A DNA stretch of 64,000 nt from Rebecca billardiae RCC1528 (Eukaryota; Protista; Haptophyta): positions 3,906,001 to 3,970,000 of the forward strand of contig OZ251223.1 of the NCBI GenBank assembly GCA_965240325.2, read 5' to 3'. The notes beneath the pieces are model-generated. The model had not been told where the DNA came from and ran no database searches. It was given only the letters and a program-made list of their open reading frames with translations. A program made the position numbers and the translations under genes. This document shows, in pieces, positions 1 to 16,154 of this stretch; the first letter of the stretch is position 1, and each line of letters starts with the position of its first letter.

Positions 1-668
1 AGCACGTCTGAAGGAGCGGGCAAGGTCTCGAGAGGAAGCAGGGAGACCACAGAAGTGCTAGCTCGCAACGACAGTCAGGGAGCGCGAGCCGCCCCGCTGC
101 GCTGCCTGAGCCGGTCGCCCCACGGGCACGGCCACGGGCCACGCGTGGCGGGCAAACGTGACTGCCGCGCGGCAAGGCTTGGTGAGTGTGTACATGCTTC
201 AAGTGGCTGGTCGCTGGTAGAGCTGCTGCATCCCAATCGCGAGCAGCCAGTAACAGCGACTCGGCCGCGCCGCCGCGGCCGTGCTCCGCAGTTCTGGTGC
301 CCGCGCGGAACTGACGGTCACGGTTGCGCACCCGCGGGCGGCGAGACCAGTCAGTGGGCCGGCTCTGCCGCCGTCCCTGAGCGTGACCCGCAGTGGCGTC
401 GCCGGGCTTGCAGGGGGGTCTAAGCCGGCCACCCGCCCGAACCGGAGCCTGGCACGACCGTATCCGGCCCGCGCCGCCGCGCGCTGCCACAGTGGCCGGT
501 GGCGGTGGCACGCGTCGGGCCCGCGCAGCCCGCGCGGCCCGCGCCGCCGCGCGGCCCGCGAGCGCGGGCCTCATCCGACGAATAAGACTGACGAGTATCA
601 CGAACGAATATGGCGCCAATGCGGGATAGTGCGACTGGAGTGCTGAGCCGTGACTGACTACGTCATGC

Positions 669-2071
669 CTACCAGCCGTACGTACATCCCCGCCCACTAT
701 TCGGATGGTAGCCCGCGGTCGGCGGCGGCGAGCCGCCGATGATTGTCCCGCCGGTCGCTGTGACATCCTTCCACTTACGCCAGGTGAAGCGCAGGCCGAT
801 GACCGACTGGAAGTCGGTGAACAGGACGAGCTGGTGCGGGCTCTCGGCGAGCGTCGTGGCGGGAGAGAAGATCTCGGCGTAGTTGTCCGACGCGTTGCCG
901 TTCAGCGGAGCGATCGAGAAGAAGGGCCAGCCGGGGGCGAGCGGCAAGCTCGCGTGAGATGCGAGCTCGAGCTCGTACCGGCCGCGCAGCCAGCGGCCCA
1001 GGCGGTCCTCGGCGAAGAGGTCGATGACGGCAGCATCGTACGCGGTGGCATCGACCTGGACCGATGCGCGCTCGGCTGCGTGCAAGCCTCGGCAGTGCGC
1101 GACGACGCGCGTGAGCAGCCGATCGAAGATCGCCGCCTGCTGCTGCTGGCGGACGCGAATGTGCATCGGCTCCCGCCACAGGAACTCACGGTACCGCGCG
1201 ACGAGGTTGTGCACAGCCTCCGCCGGCGGGCGGTACAGCTTCGCGCCGTGCTCGATGGCGACGATGGTGACGTGGCGATACACCTTACTGCTGGCGAGGC
1301 AGCCCGCGACACGGCGCTCGGACTCGACGCACGCCGCAACCAGATCGGCGTCCGCGGCGATGCCAATCTCATCGCGCCCTGCGCGGCGCGCGCGGGCACG
1401 CGCGCAGGACGCGCGTCAACACGGGCGGCGGGGGGGAGCGGGCACGGCGCGCGCGCAGCGGGATCCGATCGTACCGAGATCGAGCACGTGCTCGTCCGCC
1501 TCCCCGAGCAAGCACGGCCGCAGCGGGTAGCCGCGCTGCTGCCCGTCCTCCGCAGCCCCTGTCGTCGTCGGCAGCACGATGCCGCCGTCCGGCTGCTTCC
1601 AGGCCTTCAGGCCGACACCGAACTCGAATGGCATGCGGGCGGTCGGGAGCTGCGCGATGACCTCCTCGGGTGGCTCGGTCAGATTCATGTTCGCCACATG
1701 CAGCACGTTGCGCTTGGCCTTGAACGGCTGCGGCTCGGACTCGCCCTGCCTGGCATCACAGACGACGGGGCGGACGACGACACGCGGTGTTGGCGCGCCG
1801 CGGGTATGCGCGCGCAGGGAGGGATCGCGGGCGGGGCGGCGCACCTCGGGCGCTTGAACGCGGTCCATGCATTCACGAAGAAGTCCAGTGCGCCCCCGCG
1901 CGCGATGAACTCCGCAAGGTTCTTCCACACCATCACCTTGCCATGCACCGTCTCGACCTCGATCTCCTCCTCCTTCCAGTTGCCGACGTGCTCGTAGACC
2001 TCCGCAGGGTGGTAGTCTGCGGTGCGCGTCTTGCCAGGCAAGTCCTCCACGAAGTAGAACCACTTTACCAT
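669..2071 (-). CDS. Intact 3-exon orphan protein (~403 aa), downstream of the 5' end of a Helitron-like copy
   Basis: Exons 2071-1845, 1749-1475 and 1378-669 are joined by GT-AG introns of 95 and 96 nt. Phases are consistent (1212 nt = 404 codons). The protein-like segments of ORFs 1685..2311, 1416..2402 and 669..1283 join in frame. No family recognised. Confidence 0.75.
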
Positions 2072-2499
2072 GAGGGTCACTGACCCCGCGACGACTTCTT
2101 GACGACGCGGCGCACCTGCGCGAGCCCGGCGCGCTCCGAAGGCCTGCCGTTCTTCTGCAGCCACTGCACGACGACATGGTCTCCGATTCCGATATTGATG
2201 CCGCGCCAGATGACGCCGACATTCCGCAATCGTCCTCCCCGCGTGGCGGCGGTGACGAGCTCCGGCGCGGTGGCCGGCGGGAGCTCCCCGCTCCGTCCAT
2301 GACTTCGACAAACCGCGAGGGGCCGTTCGACCGGCGCTCAGCCGGAACGGAGCGACTCAACCAGGCTCGGCGGTTGCTCAAAAACCTATTCATGCCCTCC
2401 ACCGCCCCTGGTGCAGGCCGGGCGTTGATTGGCCGTCGGTTGCTAGTGCAGTTTTAAGAAAATCTCGTGGAACGTGGCCGGAAAAGGCACCCGCACATC

Positions 2500-2743
2500 T
2501 TTGAGGTGGTGGGTTTCGTTGATTCCTCTGACTATCAATTTCAAAAGAGCGGACGCGTCCTTTTCTCGCTGAATGGATACCTCTATGCCGTCTCAAAATT
2601 CGAAACTCGGTCTTCTCCAGCCCTGAAATTCGTCCCCCGTCCCTTTTTTCTTAACGGCGTGGTATGCAACTCCGTTTTTGAAACGTGGTTAGGGCCCGCA
2701 CTGCGGGCTCCACGCTGCGCGCTCCGCCCTGCACCGCGGGCCA
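2500..2743 (-). mobile_element. Family H1 copy A: 5' terminal ~240 bp of a Helitron2/Helentron-like element (3' end not in window)
   Basis: Ends in CACCGCGGGCCA (2732-2743). Homologous to the 5' ends at 12770, 14630, 21442 and 58913. Confidence 0.75.
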
Positions 2744-2893
2744 TGATAATACTACGTAAATTGATGACGGTAGTCCGCCGTCCCTTACCTGGCACCAGGT
2801 TTTATTTATCTATTATCACTACGCCCGCCCCGTCTACGGTCCGCGAGCGATCAATATCGTCTGTCGAATCGATCGACCCGGACACCTCTATTA

Positions 2894-4939
2894 TGGCGCA
2901 CGCCCCCCCCCCCGAAAGGTCTGAGCGTGAGCGAAAGCCGGGGGGGGGCGGCGCACGTGCTCCGCAAAATCAAAAAGAGGATGCGCGCAGGATTTTGGGG
3001 ATTTTTCGGTAGGTGGCCACCGCGTATGAGTGGATATCGCTGCCGCAATGATTGCGTTTGTAGTAGATGCTAATTTTAACGATAGTAACACTTAGGGGAA
3101 TGCAGGGTGGAATAGCACATAACACCAGCCGTGTGTTAGAACATTCCGTCATAGTAAGATGCCTGAATTGTAAGAGCCTGAAACAGCTCGCCAACCATAG
3201 AAACGATAGGTTGGGCGGTCGTCAGCTTTGATTCACGCGCTTCTGAAAAACAGCGTTTTAGATTAGACGCATCCCTCTTCTCTTCAGAGAACTGCGCTAG
3301 AATAGTGTGGTGAGTGTGTCCTGGACAGCCTGAGCGGGGAAGGTCAATAATCACGGTTGTGATTCAAGATTCCTCACCCCGTATTGCCAACTGATTCAAA
3401 GCCAATGCGGGTATGAATCGACGCGTTTGTGCTCTATCTGCGATCAATAAGAGCTCTCTGATTCAAATGGGTGTACGCTGTCCTGGACAGACTCTGATCA
3501 ATAATGATGATCGGCACGAAAAGTTGCGCGTGACGGCTCGGTGACGACGATCCAACGGCAAAGTGCCGCGGGTGCGGCGGCGTCGGTGCGGCGGAGGCGG
3601 AGGCGGAGGCGTCGGGGGAGGCGGCTGAAGGGAGCGAGGGCGATGGTGGCGGCGCAGTCGAGGGAGGTGCGCCGAATGGCATGTCCGTCCTCACCCTCGC
3701 CGGCGGCGGCCGCCCGCGTGCCGCCGCCGCCGCGGCTCCGCGGCTTGCTGGCGACCGGACTGCACGGGTGATGCGACCGGACGCGCCGATGCTGCGCGCG
3801 TACGGGGTGGCGCAGCTGCTGCTCGAGGTGATCGCGCACTGCGCGCTCGACCCCGCCGAGCCCGCCGCATGCGCCACCCTCTCCGCAGGCTGCGTCGCAA
3901 ATCTGACCTATCCGGTCGACAGGCGTCTGCACTCGGACCGCGCGGCGGTGCGGCGCGAGGCCGAGCGCGGGAGCCTGGGCGGCGGCGGGCGCGCGGCGGG
4001 GCATGTGCTGCCCGAGAGGCTGGCGCACTCGCCCAGCGCCGCCGCGCACACCGCCGCCGACCTCGCGCGCACGACCTCCGTCAACTCCTCCGTCAGCGGC
4101 GGAGAGCGCGTCGCGTCACGCCGCCCACGCGGCTGGTCGCTGCCGCCCAGCCTGAGCCGGTTCGTCATCCGAGCGCAGTCGCCCGGCGGCGGCGGGGCGG
4201 ATCGGAGGCGGCGGCGTCGGAGGGCGGCGTCGGAGGGCGGCGTCGGAGGGCGGCGTCGGAGGGCGGCGTCGGAGGGCGGCGTCGGAGGGCGGAGCGGAGG
4301 GCGGCGGCGCGCCGCCGCCGCCGCCCGACGGGCTGCCGCGATCGCCGCTCGCCGCCGCGATCGCCGCCGCCGACGGCAGCGGCGGCGCGCGGGCGCCCGC
4401 AGCGCGCGCCGGGCCGGTCGCCGCCTGGGTGGTGGGACCGCCGCTGGGGGGCGGGGCGGGCGGAGGAGATGGCGGTGGCGAAGGAGGACGCGGTGGTGGA
4501 CGTGGACGTCACGCAGTCCGGGCTGCACTGGCTCATCCACCTCCTCTCCGCACTCGACCCGCCGCCGTCACCGACGGCGCAGCAGCTGGCGGCGGCGCGA
4601 CGGACGGTGGCGGGCGCGGCCGCGGCCGAAGCGGGCGCGCGCCGCGCGCGCCGCTGCGGCGGCGTGGAGCGGCGGGAGCTGAGCGGCGCGCTGCTGCACA
4701 CGCAGTCACGCTGCGCTTACGTGCTGCAGGACGCTGTGCGAGCGCGCCACCGCCGACGCCGTCGCGCCGCCGCTGCCCCCGCCGCACCGGCACCGTCCGA
4801 CCGTCCGACCGTGTCGTCACAAGCCGCGGCTGCTGCTCACATTCACAAGCTGCGTGATCGGTGACTCTGAGCACTAGCCACTAGGGCCGTGCGCCCCCAA
4901 CTTCGTTGTTCACTACCCGAAGATCGGCGTAGCCGATCA
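2894..4939 (+). mobile_element. Family H2 copy 1: Helitron2/Helentron-like non-autonomous element with gene-fragment interior
   Basis: 5' TGGCGCACGCCC; 3' GGGCCGTGCGCC (4884-4895); terminal hairpin GATCGGC-GTA-GCCGATC (4922-4938). Both ends are shared with 32141-37258. Confidence 0.8.
4205..4300 (+). repeat. 13-bp minisatellite (GGAGGGCGGCGTC)n
   Basis: About 6 direct tandem copies visible. Confidence 0.9.
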
Positions 4940-4962
4940 TATCGGAATAACATAACTACTGC

Positions 4963-5026
4963 ATATATATATATAGAGAGAGAGATATAGATATATATAT
5001 AGATATAGATATAGATATAGATATAG
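4963..5026. repeat. TA/AG/AGATAT microsatellite
   Basis: Direct reading. Confidence 0.9.
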
Positions 5027-7070
5027 CACAGTGAACAAAAACGGGATTATCGTTACCGTAACCCGTCCGACACGAGCCGATTTTCGGGGAATTTCTCGCG
5101 CGGGCCGCACGAGCGCACAGACGACGCTACGGTGGTCGCGCAGGCGCCTGGCGAGTGCCCCGGGCATGGGACTGCAACATCCCACCCAGCCTCCCCATCC
5201 CTCCGCCCCTCTCTGCCTCGCCGGGTTGCACGCGGCTGGCCGGTCACGTAGCTCGTGGTGAGCCATTCGTGAGCGTGGAGCCCTGCTGCTCAGTGCGGCG
5301 ATGCAGCGAGGCGAAGCGGCGCGTAAGATGGCGCATCTTACTCCGAATGCAGTCTGCTACCAGCACAGCCGCCCTCGCCGGAGTGCCTGGTCGTCACCTT
5401 CGTCGTGTGCACGTGTCGCGCGCTGCCCATCAACGAGCGATCGTAAGCCTTCTCCGGAGCCATTCAAACACGCTCGTCCTCGACGAGGCGTGCGCGAGGC
5501 ACCGCGCGAGCGCGGGAGCGGCCCTTCCTAGCGTAGACCTGCACGGCCATCCACCTCGCCACAGCCTGCCATGTCACACTCCTCCCCACACACACTGCTC
5601 GCGTGCCGCGTGCCGGCCGGTCGACTAGCCAGACAGAAGGGTGCACAGATATTTTCGACTGCGAGGAGACGGCGGCGAGCACAGGCGCGCAGCGCCGTCC
5701 CGCGCTTCATTGGGATGTTCTAGACCAGTCGCGCGCCCGCGGCACCGCGCCAGCCATCTCCGCGTCGCGTGCCAGTCCACGCCGCGCGCGCCCTCTCGGG
5801 CGATGCGAGTCTCGCCATCGACGGCGATCTTGCGGCTGATTCGTACCCGCATGTATTCAACAAATACGACAAATCGCCGAGCTGAACGCACCTCGTCGCG
5901 CGATGGCATGGTCGCGCTGTGTGACGTCGCTCACCGCAGGAAATTCGGTACGCGACGAGAGCACGGCGCACGCGCACGGCGCGGCGTGGGAGGCGGGGCG
6001 GTGGTGTCCTCGAGCCATCCCGCCCACGCCGCGGTGCGCCAGCCGCCACCTCGCCGCGCCGTGGCCCATGCCGCGCGGCAGGTGTCGACCAGGCCGACCT
6101 TGCCGCCCAAAAGAGGGCCGCACCGGAAATTCTGTATTTGTTGAATACGGACTTACCCATGTGCCCGCGGTGCGGCGGCGCCCTGGGCGGCGGCGTGGCG
6201 CGGCGGCGGCGGCGCGGGCAGCCTGACGGGCCAGATAGGGCGCGCCAGGTCGGGGCGATCGTGATGGGATGGTTCCATACGCATCAGTGCGTGCTCCTGT
6301 GCATCTCAAGAGCGCGCTGGGCGCCCTCTCTCGCGCCTATGCCCATCCCACGCGGTCTGAGAAGCCTCCCGGTTTGGCCATTGTCGTGCCGTGCTCGGTC
6401 GTGGCTGCCCGGCGGGTCGGAGAGGTCGAGGCGAGCCGGGTCGTTCGCGACGGACGATGCCTATGGGTCATGGCGAGTGGCAGCACGCAGCTCGGGCGCG
6501 CGCCCGGCGCCTCCTCGCCGCGCTACATCCACACCAAGATCTGGCCCCAAAACAGGCTTCAAGAGCGAAACTCAGTCTGGGAGCTGCTCAGGCCGCTGTG
6601 TGCGGTTTGAAAGCGTACAAACTTGTGGAGCGGGTGCCCACATGGGTTGGGCACAATGCTACAGAACGTTTTTCCGCGAAACACCACTTCCTCGCCTCTC
6701 CGCGCGCGTGCCGCGCGGCCCCCGTGAACTCATCTCAACAGGTCACGTGTGGCCGCCCGTGGAGCGAGGGTGGGCGAGGAGGGGCGGGGGAGGGTGACGC
6801 CGCCCCAGGGAACCGCCTTGGCAAGCCGGCCGACGCCTCGCAGCCCCCCTCGCGGCAGTCATGCGCGCACGCCCGCCGCTCGGAGCGCGCCATCGATTCG
6901 AATGGGCGTGCGCACGACCGACCATGCTCAAACGGCTTCCGGCCCGATCTTTCTCCACTGTGGCGGCGCGAAGTGCCGCGAACGGGGCATGAAAAAAATT
7001 CCAGCGCATCCCCACTGGGCGGAAGTGCGGACGGGTTACGGTAACGCCGAAAATCGATTTCTTTACTGTG
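5027..7070 (+). mobile_element. CACAGT-ended non-autonomous TIR element (CMC/EnSpm-like), copy 1
   Basis: Imperfect ~43-bp TIRs CACAGT...CGTTACCGTAACCCGTCCG; 2-bp flank duplication AG/AG; near-identical inverted copy at 23824-25914. Confidence 0.85.
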
Positions 7071-7104
<34 letters not shown>

Positions 7105-7105
7105 T
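7071..7105. repeat. (AGAT)n microsatellite
   Basis: Direct reading. Confidence 0.9.
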
Positions 7106-7200
7106 TATAGCTTATAATGGTCCTAAGTGCATGACTACACCGTGCTTCGATGAGTGCTTGCCTGCTGATTCGTTCGTTCACTAATAAGTCTAATAGTAGC

Positions 7201-11166
<3,966 letters not shown>

Positions 11167-11235
11167 CGCCCCAAAGTTATAAGATTATTACGGCGGCCGG
11201 CGGAATAATCATCGATCGTCATGCAGTTAATCAAA

Positions 11236-12769
11236 TGGCGGGCCGTAGGTCCGCCCCTTGTAGTGCCCGGGAAAAAGATAAGAAAAATAAAAATAAAAAA
11301 GAAAATCGCCTCGCAGAGAAAAGAAAATCGCTTCGCTCACTACCGGGCGCCCTCGCAGCTCCCACTGGTGACCGGGGACGCTCGGCCGAAAACAACAGAC
11401 GGGTGGCGCGGAGCGCGTGGGCCGCGCGCGCCAAATCCAACGCCGGCGCGGACATCGCGCGGGGATTCCCGAACGGCGTTTTCGCCCGATTCGCGATTGC
11501 TGCCCTCGTCGTCTCGCGTGCAGGTCGAACGGGGGCTAAATCGACGCGTTTGGAGCGGTACGCTCGGCGCGTCGACACGATCGTGAGACCTGGGGCGATC
11601 CTCGCCCGACGTGCACGTCGAAAGCTCGCACCGGCCATAGCATCATGCGCTGCGCACGATGACCGCCTCGCGCGATCCACCGTCGCGCGTCGGGCTCGGT
11701 GCGAGAAAGCCCTCATCACGAGGCGTCTCGCGGGCGGGAAGCGCCATCGCACGCGACGCAAGATTTGGCGCGGCCTTCTGAACTCGATCGCCGGAATCCG
11801 CGCACCGGACTGTCGCTCGCGGTCCCTCAGCCCGGGTCAGCCGAAGCCCGCGTCCGCCGTGCATGGCGTCGACGGTGACCAATGCGACGGAAGCGCAGCG
11901 CCAACGGCGTACGACGCGCAGCGGACGCACCTCCCGGGTCTGTCGCCGTGGCAGCAACCGCGTCATAACGAGTTGGCGACCCACGCCGCAGCGCGACACG
12001 GACAAGCCCGTGATGCCATCCGCAGAGAGATGAAACGTCGAGCATGCAACATCGACGCATCCTCGTCGGTGGCGCAGGCGCTGCAGGACGAGGCGGAAGT
12101 CGTCACGCCGGTGACGGATGCGCTGCGATTCGTGTGCCCGCGTGAGCAGCTCTTGCCCACTCTCGATCGCGCGTGGCACACGCTGTCGCTGTGCGCGCGC
12201 GCGCGCACAACCAACAGCTCCTCGTGCCGCCGAACACGCGGGCGCCAGACCTGTCGAAGATGCGAAGAGCGATGACCGCGTGAACGTCAACGCGCTCGTG
12301 CTCAGCGTGGCGGCCGTGTACGACGTCAACGCGACCTGCGCCGAGCCCATCATGCCCGAAGAGGACATCGGCAAGCATCCTCGCGACGACCGCTCTCGGC
12401 TGGCGGCAGGAGGACATGCACATGATCTACTCTGGCGGCTTCGTCGGCGGCGAGGCGCTCGATTACGCCATCGCGGTCGAGATGCGGCACATACAGCGCG
12501 TACCCGCGCTCGCGCGGAGCAACGGGCTACCCGCCCCGCCCCGCGTGCTGCACATTCCCTCGTGGATGTGGGTCTCGCTGATGCGCACAGAGTACAGACA
12601 TGTACACGTGGGAGATAACTACTTCAGGTGTCACTGGTCCTCGCCCTCGTCTGTCCGTCACCCACGGCCACGAGCGAATGTGGAAAGACGCGAACCCGCA
12701 GAGGATACATTGCGACAGCACTGGCACGGCCCGCCGACCCCCCCGCCCGCCAGGGCACAGTTTATATTC
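11236..12769 (+). mobile_element. Possible family H3 Helitron2-like element with decayed coding interior
   Basis: A|TGGCGGGCCGT at 11236 is followed by an A-rich tract, as in H1/H2. The inverted copy ACGGCCCGCC is at 12726-12735. No clear terminal hairpin; H1 copy B starts about 34 nt later. Confidence 0.45.
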
Positions 12770-14556
12770 TGGCCCGCGGTGAAGGGCGGAGCGCGCAGCG
12801 CGGAGCCCGCACTGCGGGCCCGAACCACGTTTCAAAAAGATCTTTGATCAAGAAAAAAGGGACGGGGGGCGTTTTTTAGGGCTGGCGGAGACCGAGTTTC
12901 GATTTTTGAGACCCTCCTCTCTAGACACGCATTACGGAGAAATGGACGCGCCCACGAGATTCCCCTATTGAATCGATGGACGGGACGTTACGAGCGGCCG
13001 TGATTTTAACGTAACGGTTCGTTACGAGCGCGATCGATTTTAAGTATGAGATTGCCGCCAACCGCCAACCGATAAAAACGGCAATAAGGCAAGGGATAGG
13101 CTGTCGCGAAGGGAGGAGCCGTCATTTTGGATGATGAGTGTGGGTATTATCGTTACGAGCGATTAAGTAAGCATCACACATGGGCACGGGAAAAATGATC
13201 ACCTCTACTCGCAAATAGTACATCAATTACTCGAGCGATTAACCACACATCTGACACATGGGCACGGGTAACATGATCACCTCTAACTGTGAATAGTAAA
13301 AAAAAAGCAGCGCGACGAACCCGGGCGCGCCGGCCCTTGATCAGCCGCGCGGTCACGGCTTTCGCTCTGAGCGAGCTTTGCTCGGGCAGCGCCCACCCCG
13401 ACCGGGGGACGTCGCAGCAGTGACGGCGCGTGGCGGTGGCGGGGGCCGGCCGGCCGCTGGTCTCGCCCTCGCGCTCTGCTCTCCCCGAGCGCGCCTGTCG
13501 CCTCGCAGGCCGCGCGTCTCGCCCTCTCGCTCCGCTCTCCCCGAGGCTGAGCTCGCCCGCCTGTCACCTCGCAGGCGCGCGCCACGGACACGGAGCGCGC
13601 GCACCAGTTGCGTCGCGCTGCGCACGGAGCATGCGCGACGAGATCGCGGCGGGGGCGGCGAGATCGCGGCGGGGGCGACGGGCAACAACCTGCCCGCGGG
13701 CGCGTTCGTCACTCGAGGAGCAGCGCGCAAGGGCGAGCCGAGTCCGGAGCACGCGAGCTCGTCGCTCGCCGACCGGAGCAGAGCGCGCCGCCCGCCGCCG
13801 CCGAGCGAGCGGCGCGGCAGAGCTGATGAGCCGGATGCGCCCGGAGCTCCTGCGGCTGAAGGGCGAGCTCGAGCACGCGAGCTCGCGCCTCGACGCCGAG
13901 CGCGAGCTCCTCCTCAACTCGGTCGACGGCGGCGCGGAGGTCCGGCAGCAGCGTGAGGACTCACAGACAACTGGTGTGAGTGAGCGCGCGCGGCTCAGCC
14001 TGCCGCTGGCAGCCGCCGTCTTCGAGGCCGACGCGGCGGAGGAGGCGGCGGGCGAGCACGGCGGCGCGGTGGAGCAGGCGCGCACGCGCGGCGGCAGGCG
14101 CGACGCGCCGCTCGCCTCGTTCCACCCGACCGAGCTCCGCTCGGTCGGTCTCGGTGCGCGGCTGCGCAGCCGGCAGGCCGGCGGGCCAGCAGTGGCGCGC
14201 GCTCTCGCTCTGCCGGCACGAGGCGCGCCGGCTGAGCGACCAGCGGCCCGTCGTCGAGCGCATGGCGCAGGGCGAGTACCTCAAGCAGGTGCGCCCGCTC
14301 GCGCGCACGCGCCGGCTCGCGCCGCGCCAGCGCCTCTCGCCCTGCCTGCGCGCGCGCGCCGGCTGCTAGTCTCCGCGGCGGCCCGCGGCGACAGTCCTCG
14401 GCCCGCCGGCCCGGTGGGCGGCAGTGACTGAGTTGGCGGTGGCAGCTCAGGCGAACTGTTACACATGTCAGACTGAGACAGCAGCCGACGGAGGGTGCAC
14501 CGCGGGCCCCGAACTGCTACGTTCGTTCTACGGAAAAAGACCGCGGAACGCGGTCA
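12770..14556 (+). mobile_element. Family H1 copy B (Helitron2/Helentron-like)
   Basis: 5' TGGCCCGCGGTG; 3' CACCGCGGGCC (14498-14508); hairpin GACCGCG-GAA-CGCGGTC (14539-14555). The interior has coiled-coil-like gene fragments. Confidence 0.8.
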
Positions 14557-14629
14557 TTCCGAGCAGCAGGTTATTTATTATTCCGCCGCCCGCGCGTCAT
14601 CATTATTGCGCATGTTCGCGTATACATAA

Positions 14630-15921
14630 TGGCCCGCGGTGCAGGGCGGAGCGCGCAGCGTGGAGCCCGCACCAGCGGGCCCGAACCACGTTTCAAAAAG
14701 ATCTTTGATCGTCAAGAAAAAAGGGACGGGGGGCGGCGGAAAAAAAGGGACGGGGGGCGATTTTTAGGGCTGGCGGAGACCGAGTTTCGAGTTTTTGAGA
14801 TCGCATAGAGAGGTCGATTAGGCCGAAAAAGAGCGCGCCCAGCTGATTCCATAAGTAATCGATGGACGGGACGTGAGCCTGGCCGTGACATTAGTGTAAC
14901 GGTTCGTTACGAGCGAATCGTACTCGTCTTCCCGGATCGCGTGACGTCCGGACTGGGCCACATCCGGATCGTCGGAGGTGACGTGCCCCGGCACGATGGG
15001 CGATGGCGGATATGCGGGACGGCGCCTGCACGTGCCTCCGGACCCGCCTCCCGCTTGCTGCTCACGCAGTCAGCTGCGACCGTGGCGCATGATCGCAGAA
15101 GCAGTGCCGGCAGTACGGCCTGCATCAGCTAGTGCCGCGCCGTCGTGGCGCGCGCGGTACGGTTGCGCGTTTGCAGCGCTCGCCGGCTCGGCGACGGCAC
15201 GCGCGTGCGGCTCAGGTGTGTCAAATGCGGTCTCGTCGGCGCGCTTTCGCCTGCCACCTCGTGCACCCGTGCCGCCAGTTTCATCGTCTTCATGAGGACT
15301 GCTGCTGCTGTCGCCATCCGCTCTCCATCACCCCGAGTCGCCGGTCGCGCGGCGCGCGCGGTAGGCACTAGGCAGGGCGTACGGTCACTCACCCGTGCAA
15401 CGGGTCAAGTGGCCAGAGTACGTCTGGTCGTTGGCTGGCACGGGCCGCAGCGCTAAAGCACCCTGCTGTCACACCCGACTCCTTCAGTACTCCGAGCTCC
15501 GCGGCACGACTCACTCGGCACGATCGCGGACGGGTCGGATCCGAGCTGATCAGCCAGAGTTGGACACAGTTTGGCAGCTACTAGTAGTAATTCCGATGCC
15601 GATGGCACGATCGCGGACGGGTCGGATCCGAGCTGATCAGCCAGTTGGACATTTGGCAGCTAGTTGTCAGACGGACGTCCGATTTGACGACCGGTGCCGG
15701 GTGCGGTCTCAGGTCCGCTGCTGTGATTGTGTGAAGTGTGAATGAGTCTCGCGGTCGCGCAGGCAGGGCGACGGTCGGACTAGTAATAGCTTATATTCAG
15801 TCATCTCAGAACCGACTTCAACTGGCGAACTGCAACTACGGCGGAGAGCCGCGATTGCACGGCCACCGCGGGCCCCCAACTGCGTTGATTCTATGCAGAA
15901 AAGGACCGCGGAACGCGGTCA
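14630..15921 (+). mobile_element. Family H1 copy C (Helitron2/Helentron-like)
   Basis: 5' A|TGGCCCGCGGTG; 3' CACCGCGGGCC (15864-15874); hairpin 15904-15920, then A|T. The interior is unrelated to copy B beyond ~270 bp. Confidence 0.8.
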
Positions 15922-16154
15922 TACTCTGAATTCGCCATTGCAAGGCTGTAGCAGCCGTGGTGTAGCGGATGCAAGTCTCAGCACGCGGGCCTCAGGTATT
16001 AGTATGACAATTCTCGCATCGTCGTCACGCATGCAGCGAAGGTCGCGGCCTCTTGGCCTGACGGCGATCATGAGCGCCGGGGTTGGTGGAGCTGCAGGTC
16101 TAGGGAGAGCTTCTTGGGGTTGCGCTCCATCGAGACACAAGGTGTCACCCGTGA

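Noticed and set aside
6138-6797. 219-aa ORF conserved in both CACAGT copies
   Set aside because: Conservation simply follows the near-identity of the DNA. It has a non-ATG start, low-information composition and no domain.
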